From Octopus bimaculoides (lineage: Eukaryota): a stretch of 61,272 bases of DNA. Made by a program: the position numbers and the translations under genes. The notes below the pieces were generated by a model. It did not search any database, had not been told where the DNA came from, and saw nothing but the letters and a program-made list of their open reading frames with translations. The stretch is taken from positions 33,178,388-33,239,659 of the forward strand of contig NC_069002.1 of the NCBI RefSeq assembly GCF_001194135.2. Reading direction: 5' to 3'. Shown in pieces: positions 24,287-37,817 of this stretch (its first letter is position 1; the number at the start of each line of letters is the position of its first letter).

Positions 24287-24833
24287 CTATATATTTACAT
24301 ATATATGTATATATATACACATTGTTATGTATATATATATAATGTATACATATATGAAACTATATATGTTTGAGTCTATATGTATATACTCACGCAGATG
24401 ATGTAGCTTGTATTAAAACTTCAACTTCGATAAATCTATCTTCTATTTTTGTCTCTGTCTCCAATGTAAATGTTTTGGCTCCTAAAGATGGACCGTGTCT
24501 ATATATACACTCTTCTTCTATAATATCTCTTTATCAATTACCATATTTAGACGTTAGCGCTCTTCATGTATATATAGACATTGAAGGCGTTAGAAATCTA
24601 TAGATTATGTCTGTGATTCACAATTCGTATGAGTCAGTAGCTACGTTTAGGTATCCTTCTATAACTGTATACGTGCATATATATGTATGAATGTAAATCT
24701 AGATGTATATATTTACCCAGTCATGTAGCCACCAATCTATATTGTGTTTGTGTGTGTGTGAGTGTGTGTATGTATTTGTGTTTGTGTGGTCACATACGTG
24801 AGCACGTGTTTCTATTTTGTCATTAATCGACAG

Positions 24834-24892
24834 AAGTTATCGAGTTACTTAAGTACTAAACGTTTTGAAAATTGGTACTTTGGGTTCCGTAT
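24834..24892 (+). CDS. Candidate 59-bp internal exon, product unknown
   Basis: ttgtcattaatcgacag| acceptor and TAT|gtaagt donor. The only open frame is KLSSYLSTKRFENWYFGFR(x). Confidence 0.25.
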
Positions 24893-24929
24893 GTAAGTAA
24901 CCCGAAAAATAAGAACGTATCTATGTGGA

Positions 24930-25150
24930 AGGTCACTGTTTATTGGGTTCGTGTGTCGGACAAATGATCGTAAGATTTCGGTTTCGATTACTGGTCCGGG
25001 CGATGCCCTGTGTCCAAGAACCAAGCACTTCATTTTACGTTACGCCATTCAGTTGGTACAAATGGGTAATCCTGCGACAGATTGGCGTCCCACCTAGCGA
25101 AGAATACGTAACCGATTCTGTGCTCTTTTCGGAGTAATGTGGACTAGCAA
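24930..25150 (+). mobile_element. SINE family D, degenerate, with (ATGT)n tail
   Basis: tRNA-like cggtttcgatt head, caagcacttcatttt CORE-like segment, gtaatcctgcgac segment shared with 36462-36515, then (ATGT)n. Confidence 0.6.
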
Positions 25151-26544
25151 TGTATGTATGTAAGTATGTGTGTATATCGGTGTGTATGTGATTATGTATG
25201 TGTGTGTGTATGTATGTATGTTTAAATGTATGTACATGTGTATGTATGTATGTTTGTATGTATGCGTATGTTTGCATATATGTATGTACATATATATGCC
25301 TATATATATATGCATATATATATATATATATATAAGTGTATATATATATATATATANNNNNNNNNNNNNNNNNNNNNNNNNNNNNNNNNNNNNNNNNNNN
25401 NNNNNNNNNNNNNNNNNNNNNNNNNNNNNNNNNNNNNNNNNNNNNNNNNNNNNNNNNNNNNNNNNNNNNNNNNNNNNNNNNNNNNNNNNNNNNNNNNNNN
25501 NNNNNNNNNNNNNNNNNNNNNNNNNNNNNNNNNNNNNNNNNNNNNNNNNNNNNNNNNNNNNNNNNNNNNNNNNNNNNNNNNNNNNNNNNNNNNNNNNNNN
25601 NNNNNNNNNNNNNNNNNNNNNNNNNNNNNNNNNNNNNNNNNNNNNNNNNNNNNNNNNNNNNNNNNNNNNNNNNNNNNNNNNNNNNNNNNNNNNNNNNNNN
25701 NNNNNNNNNNNNNNNNNNNNNNNNNNNNNNNNNNNNNNNNNNNNNNNNNNNNNNNNNNNNNNNNNNNNNNNNNNNNNNNNNNNNNNNNNNNNNNNNNNNN
25801 NNNNNNNNNNNNNNNNNNNNNNNNNNNNNNNNNNNNNNNNNNNNNNNNNNNNNNNNNNNNNNNNNNNNNNNNNNNNNNNNNNNNNNNNNNNNNNNNNNNN
25901 NNNNNNNNNNNNNNNNNNNNNNNNNNNNNNNNNNNNNNNNNNNNNNNNNNNNNNNNNNNNNNNNNNNNNNNNNNNNNNNNNNNNNNNNNNNNNNNNNNNN
26001 NNNNNNNNNNNNNNNNNNNNNNNNNNNNNNNNNNNNNNNNNNNNNNNNNNNNNNNNNNNNNNNNNNNNNNNNNNNNNNNNNNNNNNNNNNNNNNNNNNNA
26101 TAAAACGATTGTCAAACGGTGAGCGGAACAAATATAGAGGCACATGCACATGCATACATATAATTAAAACAAAACAGAAAGGATTCCGCGGTACACGTGT
26201 TTCAAGCTTTATACCCAAACAGTCGTTGCATAATTATATGAGTATATAATTGATATACAGGATGGTTTAAAGCTATCTTCAACCACAAATATATTATGTC
26301 CCAAGATTACATCACAAAGAAGAAATTATAAAGAAACAAGGAAAATGCATAGCAACTGGAGAAAGAAAAAGGGAAAGTCCACTTGGTATAATCCATAATA
26401 ATATGCTATCCATTAAAATGTTATATTTACAAAAAAGTTCATCGCTATACCTACATGCATACATATATATATATATGATGGTGTTCCACATAATCTCTCT
26501 CAAACAAGTTCAGTTACAAGATATGCGTCATCGTGAGGTCTATA

Positions 26545-26645
26545 GGAAAAGACGCTTGCCCACATACCACGCAACGTGATTGAACACGAGACAAAGCGAT
26601 TGCAGAGCGAACTTCTTAAGCTCACAGCCAATCTTACGCCTATGA
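26545..26645 (-). mobile_element. Degenerate SINE family A 5' fragment
   Basis: Reverse complement taggcgtaaga.tggctgtg..taagaagttcgct..gtggtatgtgggcaagcgtctt is colinear with the family A head. Confidence 0.55.
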
Positions 26646-27100
26646 AACAATCGAACATAGATTCTATTCAAGATTCTGTGGTACTTCAAATCTTTAATTG
26701 GTTATTTCAACGTACGCAGACATAATGGAATTTTTGTGGACATTGATGGGTGTTCGTTCTTCATGATTACACTTCAAAATATGTCGCAATCTAAAGAATA
26801 GTTTGGAACCTAAAGACGACATTGATTGAGCAGGATATTTTGGTAATAGATTCTTTCATAGTTGTCGAAATCGGTTGGAACAGTTAGTAATTTTAGAGAA
26901 CAAGTGGATGGAGTTATCACGTGAGAAATCTATTATTTGCGTGATTGTACAATTGTACACAGATGCTACAGAAACCTTAATTGTTCCATTTGTATGTATG
27001 CATGTATGTATGTATGTATGTATGTATGTATGTATGTATGTATGTATGAATGCATTCATGCATATGGAATACATATGTGTTTATATATATATATATGTGT

Positions 27101-27138
<38 letters not shown>

Positions 27139-27999
27139 NNNNNNNNNNNNNNNNNNNNNNNNNNNNNNNNNNNNNNNNNNNNNNNNNNNNNNNNNNNNNN
27201 NNNNNNNNNNNNNNNNNNNNNNNNNNNNNNNNNNNNNNNNNNNNNNNNNNNNNNNNNNNNNNNNNNNNNNNNNNNNNNNNNNNNNNNNNNNNNNNNNNNN
27301 NNNNNNNNNNNNNNNNNNNNNNNNNNNNNNNNNNNNNNNNNNNNNNNNNNNNNNNNNNNNNNNNNNNNNNNNNNNNNNNNNNNNNNNNNNNNNNNNNNNN
27401 NNNNNNATATATGTGTGTGTGTGTGTGTGTGTATACACCCACACAAACATACACACACACACGCACACACACATACACATATTAACAATTTACACTGATT
27501 TTCGGAAAGTTGAAATAGAAAGCCAGTGGCTTACATCCCAACAATCTTGCTTCTGACTACTGCTTCGAGCTTGTCCTATTTTTATGGTGAGCTCACGGCT
27601 CAAATTAAATATATTCTGAATAGAACTTGGTTGGTAGACTATAGTCACATGACAGGTCTTATAAATTTTTGTAGGTTTCCCGCTACATCCATGTGTCAAT
27701 CTCAAGTGACAATGCTTGTCGTCCTAAGCTAAGGCTGACACGATTGACTGGACATATCCTTTTTCTGTCGAGTTCTTGTTGAGAATGAACATGTGATTAA
27801 TTTATAACAATTTTCTAACTTCCTGCCAAGTCTGTGCTTTTGTGTCATGTGACAGTGTATTTTCGCCAAGAATGAAACCCGACACTGTTGAGTGAGCATG
27901 CTTAGTTACAAGGCTCGTTACTTTTAATGTGCCAGGTGAAAGAGTGGACATAATTTCTTTGTATGTTGTCCAGTGGCTAAATATATATATTGAATCCAA

Positions 28000-28170
28000 A
28001 CAAAGAAGAACGAACAAGAAAAAACGAGAACACGACGTGGTACAAACACTGCACAAGACGCTCAGGAAAGGAAGGAAAGAAGATTTAACGTTTCGAGCAA
28101 AGTTCTTCTTCAGAAATAGAAGAAAGTCCAAAGGAATGGAAGATGCACGAAGAAAATCGCCAACGATACG
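28000..28170 (-). mobile_element. Penelope-type terminal repeat fragment containing a hammerhead-like core (28083-28117)
   Basis: Reverse complement attt-CTGAAGA-a-gaac-ttt-gctc-GAAAcgtt-aaat has the same architecture as 53568-53603. Confidence 0.5.
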
Positions 28171-28205
28171 TACATACATACATACATACATACATAAATA
28201 CATAC

Positions 28206-28316
28206 ATAAATAGAGAAAAGGATAAAGAGAACAATGGCAAAGTTAGAAATATATTTTATGGATAGATTCTTAAGTCTTACTTTGCCATTGTTCTCTTTAT
28301 CCTTTTCTCTATTTAT
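28206..28316. other. Perfect 38-bp inverted repeat with 35-nt spacer (hairpin)
   Basis: 28206-28243 ataaatagagaaaaggataaagagaacaatggcaaagt is the exact reverse complement of 28279-28316. Confidence 0.95.
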
Positions 28317-28779
28317 ACACACACAAGCTAATACACGACTTATAATCTCCAATCCTGTTCATACAACGATTGAGGCATATTTAGCCGGTATACAGCACTT
28401 ACTCGGTATTACCTGTATCTTTGGGTTTGGTTAAATCCAATACCCTCCTTAACCTTACATACATACATACATACATATATATATATATANNNNNNNNNNN
28501 NNNNNNNNNNNNNNNNNNNNNNNNNNNNNNNNNNNNNNNNNNNNNNNNNNNNNNNNNNNNNNNNNNNNNNNNNNNNNNNNNNNNNNNNNNNNNNNNNNNN
28601 NNNNNNNNNNNNNNNNNNNNNNNNNNNNNNNNNNNNNNNNNNNNNNNNNNNNNNNNNNNNNNNNNNNNNNNNNNNNNNNNNNNNNNNNNNNNNNNNNNNN
28701 NNNNNNNNNNNNNNNNNNNNNNNNNNNNNNNNNNNNNNNNNNNNNNNNNNNNNNNNNNNNNNNNNNNNNNNNNNNNNNN

Positions 28780-28812
<33 letters not shown>

Positions 28813-30564
28813 CATTTCTATGCACGTGTCGTTTCTATAAAGCTTTCGACGTTTTGTCCTCGCATGGTTGCGATTCAGTTACTGAAAATTGAGGCCGAAG
28901 TCAAGAATAATGATTATTTAGTGTAGTATGAGATATATAAACATTTGAAACAGAGTGATATATTATATATGCTAAGTGTAAATCATATATGTTATATTAA
29001 GCATTTACAATAAATTATATGATATTCGTTTATGTTACATATTTTCTATGAATTAAATGCTATAGATATGTCTTAACTGATATGGTATTATATGTGTGAC
29101 TTTAAATACATCGAATTTCATGTAAAGCTATTAATTGAAAACTGTGACATTTTAGCTAGAGAGAACCGATTGCTTTTTCATGGCTTTATAACCCAAAATT
29201 GATTTAGAGAGGGAACGAAGTGATGCTATTAATTAATTCTTGTGATTTATGGTGTATTATATAATTTTCTTCTCACACCAATTGTGAAATCAGGTGATTT
29301 ATTGTGGATATTATCGACTACATGGGAATAACATTAGTCATTGAGATTATTGCTCACCTAACTTTATTACAACGGTAGTTTTAGTTAATTTGAAGTTTGT
29401 TTTCTTCTTATACAATGTATGTTACGCATTCACGCAACTCAACTATTATGTTTCATGTTGAGTGTGACCGCAGGTAATATTCCTTAATAGTTACTAAAGA
29501 AATACTGCCAGTGATTATCTGAGCCCATGGGTACTGACGAAACCAAATTAGATTGAGATTGTGAACATTACCTTATTAGATATGCATAGTATATTAAAAT
29601 ATTGTAATTCCCCTATCATATTTAGACTAAGAAATATACTATATAATCGGCAGGATTATGCATGAAAAAGATTAAATGAATAGAGAAACCATACTAGGGT
29701 GTCGCAAAGCTTTAGGCCTAAATCGGAAGGAACTACACCAAATTGTTTAGGTCAGAAGAAAATACAGTGAGTAGGCTTATAAATCGAGCCAGCATACTAC
29801 AAGAGTGTATAAAGAGACTGTTTAATTAGGAGTTGGTATTTGTGAAAAATATTGCCGTCACCCAAGGAATATAGAATACTAGGCATGCGCATATTTGATA
29901 ATTGTTAATTCGGGATATTTTGTATCCGTTTAAACATACATTGTTTACACACTCAGGTTTCCGGACAGGCCTTGGGGATTTGCTTGACAAGTTAGCACAC
30001 TGAAGAACCTTGAGTTCCAAATGTTCTGAGATCAAATCCTGCCGATTTTAACACTGTATTTCATACTCTCTTGGTTGATCAAATGTGGTTCTAATGAGGG
30101 AAGTGGGATTGGTGAAAAGTTTAGAGCGTGAGGTAATATTTCTGCGATATTTTTTCCGGTTGTTTAAATTCTGCATGCTTAGGATGCGTGATACACATAT
30201 AGATTATGTACATGTAAGGTGGTATCTCGTACACAAAGAGGTGAAGGGAGGACACGAAGAAACGTTACGTTGAAACAAGATAGCAAAGCGATGTCAATGA
30301 GTTTTTCGTCACACATTTGGAGCCAGAATGAATATACTTATCGATGATAGCTGATTACTGTGCGTGCAGACTTCTGTGTGAGAGTGTGTATGTCTGTCTG
30401 TAGTAGCCGTGTGTGTATGTGTGTATATGTGTGTTTGTGTGTATGTACGTATGTGTGTTTGTGTGTGTGTGTGGTATGTGGTGTCTGTGTATATGGTGTG
30501 TGTATGTGTCTGCTTGTGTATGTGTCTGCTTGAGTATGTGTCTGCTTGAGTGCATGTCATCCAG

Positions 30565-30655
30565 TGCTTAATTTCATCGACCCCGAAAGATATGAAGAGT
30601 AAAGTCAGCATCAACGGGTTTCGAACTCAGAAATTGAAGAGCCGGAAGAAATATC
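30565..30655 (-). mobile_element. SINE family B central fragment
   Basis: ttaatttcatcgaccccgaaag..taaagtc..ttcgaactcagaa is the reverse complement of the family B core. Confidence 0.6.
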
Positions 30656-30759
30656 ACTCGACCCGATTACGATTCTGCCATATCGTCACACTTTCCATAA
30701 AATAAACCTACAATAGCTGCAACAAGAACTACAACTACAACAACGACGCCAACAACGCT

Positions 30760-30831
<72 letters not shown>

Positions 30832-30840
30832 CACTACTAG

Positions 30841-30934
<94 letters not shown>

Positions 30935-30935
30935 G
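30760..30935. repeat. (CTA)n/(CTG)n compound trinucleotide repeat
   Basis: Directly visible. Confidence 0.95.
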
Positions 30936-31356
30936 GCCATTCTCAGAAACCATAGATATGATAAGAAAGCGATATTAGTTAAAAACATATAGGAAAGGTT
31001 TCAAATCGAATTTTGCAGAAGATGCATCCATTGTAGACTGGATGCAAACGACGCTGGCATGTCGCATACGTCAGAGAAAGTAAAACATTTCTCAACTTCC
31101 TCCAAGACTTTCTTCCATCGTACGCTCCTGGCCTCATACCTTCACGTCTGATATTTCCTAGCGGGTGATAATTGTTTTCATACAAACTGAAATATGTTAC
31201 GTGAAGGAAAAATTCCTACGGATTCGTAATTTGCCAAACTTTACGAGTGAAGGCAATAAACTTTTAGTGAGATGCTTTTAACAGTAATACCTCACGGGTT
31301 GAATTAGATAGAGCGGTAGATTTCTAATTTACTATGATGTGTAGTAAATTGAGAAC

Positions 31357-31435
<79 letters not shown>

Positions 31436-32966
31436 TATAAATTTATATATATACAAGTATAATTAACGCGAAACGAGTTCCACATTTATTCGACTTTTAA
31501 ACTACAGCTTTTGTAATTAGTGTGTAACAAACCAAATTATAAAGATACACGAATACATGCGCACACATACATACACACAAACATACAAACACACACAAAC
31601 AAGCAAACAAAGAAACGCATAGCCATCCACCCACGCACACACACAAACAAGCATACATATACGTGCACGCGCCCACGTATGTACATATGTGTTTTACGCA
31701 AATATGTCAGCATGTAAATCAGGCGTAAACGTTGTGTCGATATAAATAAGAAGACAATTAATTCCCTTTGACAGTCCCTTCTACATATGAATTTAACAAC
31801 CATCTTATTTTCGTCATGTCACATTTTCTCTTGTGGACACTTGTTTGATGTCCACGTAGGCAGTCATCATTGTGCCATGTTGTTATAAAGCGCGATTCTA
31901 ATACGTCACACACAATAATCAGTAGCGCATTCATCGCAATCTTTTATGTCGCTAGGCTATCGTGTCATCCTTGATCTTGTTGTTGTTGTTGTTTAATCCC
32001 AATTCATCTGTGAATGAGCAAAATCTACGATGAAAGGCATTGAAATACACAGTCTTCCTGTCTTCGTTTTTCTTTTCTTTTTCTTTGTCTATCCTGAAAC
32101 TACGTTGTCGTATGTGCCATTCCCTTTCCATTCACTCATGCTTGAATGAGTAACATACTTGCTCCGTAAATATGTTAAAGCATCTTCTAGTAAACTCCAA
32201 ACTGTTATGATTTTATTTTGGTAGATACATTTTCTATGGAGAAACCCAAATGCTTGGGGACATTCAATTATAAATCTTTGCGTCAGTCGCGTTGTCCATC
32301 CATCACCCACTTTAAAAGCATGACTTTTCTACTGAGTCTCATCACCGGAATATCGATAATGCTGCCAGTTTCCAGACCATGTCTGCAGACAGATGACAGA
32401 GACCTACTGTCCATAACAATTATAATGAACATTATATTCACCTTTGACTATAACATTAACCAATAAGAGTTAGGATAAACTTTAGAGAAAATTTAGCGGG
32501 TTGTATTCGCTGGCTTACCGGATAGTTTTTCAGTTGTCGGAAAATTTTCTATGTCTTCCGATTCTGGAACTAGTGGCTGGAGATTCAATATGAAAGCAAA
32601 CTCTGTCGTGTGTACAAAGTTAATAATGCCCATACTGTTATTGTTGTTGTTGATGATAGAGACGATGATTTGTTTTGGTTCCAGTTCAATGTTATTCTTT
32701 AACAAATCAGTGATATAGCATAAGCATTCCAACTGCGGCAAAAAGTAATGTATCGGACTGCAGGCTCTTACGGTGAAGACGTGCGTCCTAAGCGTTTCGA
32801 TGTGGCAGTCGCCATCGCATCATCAATAGTTTTGATTCTCACACTGCGTGGTGCATTATGTTCTTCATTCTAGAAGTACTTCGTTTAGCCTTGTTCTGAT
32901 AGACTAAGCTGTAAACGAAAAACCAGGCGTCTCAACGCCTTAATAATGATAATAATAATAATAATA

Positions 32967-32998
<32 letters not shown>

Positions 32999-33046
32999 AA
33001 TAATAATAATGATGATGATGATGATGATGTGATGATGATGATGATG

Positions 33047-33082
<36 letters not shown>

Positions 33083-33614
33083 TTAATAACAATAGTAAGC
33101 ATAATTATTAATAATAGTAATAACATATTTTTTGTTCTGTCTAAGACAAAGCAGTGCTGATTTAGCAAGAAGCCAAACACCAGCTGCAATGCCAAAGATA
33201 TATTTGTATATATTTATAGTTTTTCGAAAGATCTAATGCAGCCTGGATCCTTCATGAGAATACATAATATTTACGTAGGAAGAAGAAGCGCAATCAAAAG
33301 CTATACTTTCTCCAAACAGTCTTCTAGAAGTCTGTAAATCTAATGTGAAAAATATAATAAAGAGGAAAAAAATAAAAGTTAATAGGTTTAGCAATGTAAG
33401 AAATTGTATAATGTGATTGTTAAAGTTATTTTATAATAAAATATTCTTAATATTTCTGTCTTTGTCTTTATCGGCACCATTCTTTGTCCGTGTGTATTTA
33501 TTCACACACTCAGACACACACGCACCATAAAACAGAAAAACATACACACAGGCACACACAAACATACACATAGACGTATACGGACACGCACACAAATGTT
33601 TGTAATATATGGTT

Positions 33615-33690
33615 GAAAGGCAGCGAGCCGGCAGAAACTTTGGAACCCGGGCAGAATGCTTTGCGGTATTTCGCCTGTCTTTGCGTTCTG
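33615..33690 (+). mobile_element. SINE family B 5' fragment
   Basis: aaggcagcgagccggcagaa..gcagaatgctttgcggtatttcgcctgtctttgcgttctga matches the head at 17200. Confidence 0.7.
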
Positions 33691-33703
33691 ATTGCGAACA
33701 CAC

Positions 33704-33793
<90 letters not shown>

Positions 33794-34401
33794 ACATATG
33801 CAAACACGCACACAGTCACACACACACACACATATATGAGTGAAAGTTACATATAGGGAAACTTGAGAATGTCCCACCCTAACACTAAACGATAATGGGT
33901 CTCGTAAAAAATAAGGCACAATAATTCCGAAGATATGCCTGTGAACTCCTCCCTTACAATTACCAAATCGTTGCTGAAAACAGGCATTAACTACCAGAAT
34001 ATCAATAGCTATTATCATTCTGTATTGATGGCTGAAGTTTTAGGGTACTAAACATTATGAAATATCTTAGTTACAGCTTAGAATTGTTATCTTAACAGCG
34101 TTTGTTTCAAGGAACGAACGTTCAATTACGCCTCTTCCCTCTCACTCGATGTCAACGCACCCAGTACGGGCGCACTTGCTCATGCGCACGTACGCAGAAA
34201 TACGCGTATGCATATGCGAGTGTGTACGTGTTAGTATATGCGCGCGTGTGTGTGAATGTGTGTATGAGAGTGTGTTTGACTTCATGCGAAAATATATGAG
34301 AGTACAACAAACTACAGAATATTTTAAGCATGAGGTATATGTCTGATCATCAGCTTCGGGTCATTCACTGCAGTTAGATACCATTCTTAACTATCACACA
34401 C

Positions 34402-34437
<36 letters not shown>

Positions 34438-35684
34438 ACGAAGACACACAAACGCACCTAGGCACACACGCACATACAAACGCGTATACACACATGCTCT
34501 TAGACACACACACCATATATTATTCAGTATGTGTATGTGAGGGTGTGTGTATGTGTGTGTGTGAATATATATGTGTATGCAGTGATATTAATACATACAA
34601 TTATGTACAAGCACACACACACATACACACAAATATTCATGAAAATATAAATATGTAAAAGCCTATAAAGATAAATAATGCGTATATTTATATGGATATA
34701 CATATATATGCATACACTGACACATGTACATACACACATACACACACATGCATATATGTCTATACATATATATATATGCATATATGTCTATACATATATA
34801 TATATATATGCATATACATATATAAATATATATATATATATAAATATACATATATATATATATATGCATATACATATATAAANNNNNNNNNNNNNNNNNN
34901 NNNNNNNNNNNNNNNNNNNNNNNNNNNNNNNNNNNNNNNNNNNNNNNNNNNNNNNNNNNNNNNNNNNNNNNNNNNNNNNNNNNNNNNNNNNNNNNNNNNN
35001 NNNNNNNNNNNNNNNNNNNNNNNNNNNNNNNNNNNNNNNNNNNNNNNNNNNNNNNNNNNNNNNNNNNNNNNNNNNNNNNNNNNNNNNNNNTATATATATA
35101 TATATATATATCATAGTGTTCTAAGTATACTTCTGCATACTATTGTGGTCAAAGATACAAATAAAGACAGACACCCATTCCTAGAGAGACACGCGCATAT
35201 ACCTATTATTGTTTGAAATATAGAAGTTTTGGTGTGATTTCCTTTAATGGAAATTAGCTTTCTTGTTTTTTTCCTTCTTTTTGTCGAGTCTTTCTTCGGT
35301 TTCTTTATTCTAAAGAAATTCAAAACCTCTTTACAAAAGGTAATCTATTTTTAGGCAAATGGTTTGCAAGTAAGTTGCTTCTTTTCAAAGATTGTTAAAT
35401 TTTAATTCTACCAAAGATATAGACATGTTTAGACACCTATATTTATAACGTCTATACGTGATATATGTATGTATGTATGCATGTATGTATGTATGTATGT
35501 ATGTGTGTATGTATGTATGTGTGTGTGTATGTATGTATGTATGTATGTATGCATGTATACATACATAGGTAGACTTACTATGGCTCACTAATGTTCAGAT
35601 ATATATGTATGCACGAACTCCAATCTAATGTGAAATGTATTCATACAGAGAAAGAATACCGGAACATATACACTTTGATATCTG

Positions 35685-35753
<69 letters not shown>

Positions 35754-36461
35754 TTATCTGTCGCTTTCCTCTCTCTCTCTCTCTCTATCTATCACTCTAT
35801 GATTGACCNNNNNNNNNNNNNNNNNNNNNNNNNNNNNNNNNNNNNNNNNNNNNNNNNNNNNNNNNNNNNNNNNNNNNNNNNNNNNNNNNNNNNNNNNNNN
35901 NNNNNNNNNNNNNNNNNNNNNNNNNNNNNNNNNNNNNNNNNNNNNNNNNNNNNNNNNNNNNNNNNNNNNNNNNNNNNNNNNNNNNNNNNNNNNNNNNNNN
36001 NNNNNNNNNNNNNNNNNNNNNNNNNNNNNNNNNNNNNNNNNNNNNNNNNNNNNNNNNNNNNNNNNNNNNNNNNNNNNNNNNNNNNNNNNNNNNNNNNNNN
36101 NNNNNNNNNNNNNNNNNNNNNNNNNNNNNNNNNNNNNNNNNNNNNNNNNNNNNNNNNNNNNNNNNNNNNNNNNNNNNNNNNNNNNNNNNNNNNNNNNNNN
36201 NNNNNNNNNNNNNNNNNNNNNNNNNNNNNNNNNNNNNNNNNNTATATATATATATATATATACGCACACACCCATACACACACGCGCGCACACACACATA
36301 CACACACGCGCGCACACACACATACACACACGCGCGCACACACACATATATATATCGAACTCTCATTTTCTTCTACACGTGTTTCTGCTGCAGCGACTAC
36401 TCACTGTTGCAAATGCAGCGTTGCAATATTGTCGGTGCAGCTGCACCATATTTCGTCCATT

Positions 36462-36515
36462 TGTTCATTCGTCGCAGGATTACTCATTTTTGCCGGCTGA
36501 GTGGACTGGAGCGTC
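36462..36515 (-). mobile_element. SINE family D core fragment
   Basis: Reverse complement ctccagtccactcagccggcaaaaatgagtaatcctgcgac aligns to 25045-25080. Confidence 0.55.
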
Positions 36516-37090
36516 ACTGAACGTCAATAAGAGAGAGTGCGAGTGTGGCATGCGATGGCGCGTATTATCCAAAAACAGACGACATAGATGTTTTTGTCGA
36601 TATAAACTTCAAAAATGACAGCAGGGGTTCAATTTTTTCAGGAAAGATCTTTTAAAGGGTCTTTGGAAAAGCAACGCCATCAGTTTCGACAGCATTGTTC
36701 GAAATAAAAACAACTTCAAAGTTTTATACAATACAATGAAGTCTCTTTCGTGAGCGAAGCGATGGATTATCTAGACACAAGTACAACAACAGCAAGAACA
36801 ACAGCAGCAGCAGCGGTAACAATAGCATTAACAACAAGAACAATAACGACACCAGCACCAACAACATCTACAGCAACAATAGCAGAAGTGACGACAACAA
36901 CAACAACAACAATAACAACAACAAAACGGCAGCAGCAATAGCAACGACAAAGATAAGAACGACGAAAGAACGGAGCAAAAAGCCGATGCAATGGCTTGGA
37001 ATAGCATTAAACTTTCCTTCGCTGGTGCTACCATGTCATCTCTTCAGAGGATAGAATTCTTTGAAGAGGAGACTTAGGTGACGAGATAGC

Positions 37091-37134
37091 AAAGGTGGCG
37101 AGATGGCAGAATCGTTAGCACGCCGGTTGAAATG
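37091..37134 (+). mobile_element. SINE family B head only
   Basis: aaaggtggcgagatggcagaatcgttagcacgccggttgaaatg matches the heads at 56172 and 49875. Confidence 0.7.
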
Positions 37135-37714
37135 GAAAATATGTAAATACTTCAAAATCAGCACTCTTATTTACTGATATGAACGTCATCCTGAACCAGT
37201 CGTTAAAGGTAAAAAAAAGTCACTATCTTCTGGGATTTTCCAGACATAGTCATTAAAGATGGAGAAGAAAATAGTTGAAGACTAATAGATGTAAGTGTTC
37301 ACACTGATAAACATATATCTGGGAAGGAATTTGACAAAGTCAGTAAATATGAGGTCCTGGAAATTGAAATACAAAAAGAAGGTGACATCGTAAAGTGAGA
37401 ACTGTTCCTGTTATTATGGGTGCCGTAGGTATGTTAAGGGATGTCAGAAATATCTAGATAATATCCCATGTGAGCTTTGTCTCAGAGAAACCCAACAGAT
37501 TGTGCTGACGAATACTGACCACTTCCTTAGAGAAACCCTTTCCATTTAAATGTATGTGTTGTATACCATGAATATATTTTGCTACTGCCCCTACCTCGTC
37601 CCCTCCCCAAGCATTCAGTCCTACTGTAACATCTCTTATTCTTCACTAACCCTGAGATGTTGGGTGTGTCTAGGTGAGTGTTTGGAACAAATATGCAGAT
37701 TAAAAGTAAGTAAG
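37131..37714 (+). mobile_element. 5'-truncated R4/Dong-like non-LTR retrotransposon (restriction-like endonuclease domain plus 3' UTR)
   Basis: Translation WKICKYFKI..YERHPEP..VTIFWDFPDIVIKD..LIDVSVHTDKHISGKEFDKVSKYEVLEIEIQK..VRTVPVIMGAVG..CQKYLDNIP..QQIVLTNTDHFLRETLSI* shows the PD..D..K RLE motif of R4/Dong clade elements. Followed by (TAA)n. Confidence 0.85.
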
Positions 37715-37742
37715 TAATAATAATAATAATAATAATGATAAT

Positions 37743-37817
<75 letters not shown>

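Noticed and set aside
32770-32835. Minus-strand TTGATGA..GAAACGC hammerhead-like string (similar strings near 4300 and 40170)
   Set aside because: No stem I pairing and altered core boxes.
36403-36490. Apparent minus-strand first coding exon MSNPATNEQMDEIWCSCTDNIATLHLQ|gtgagt
   Set aside because: The ATG and its context lie inside a SINE family D core fragment.
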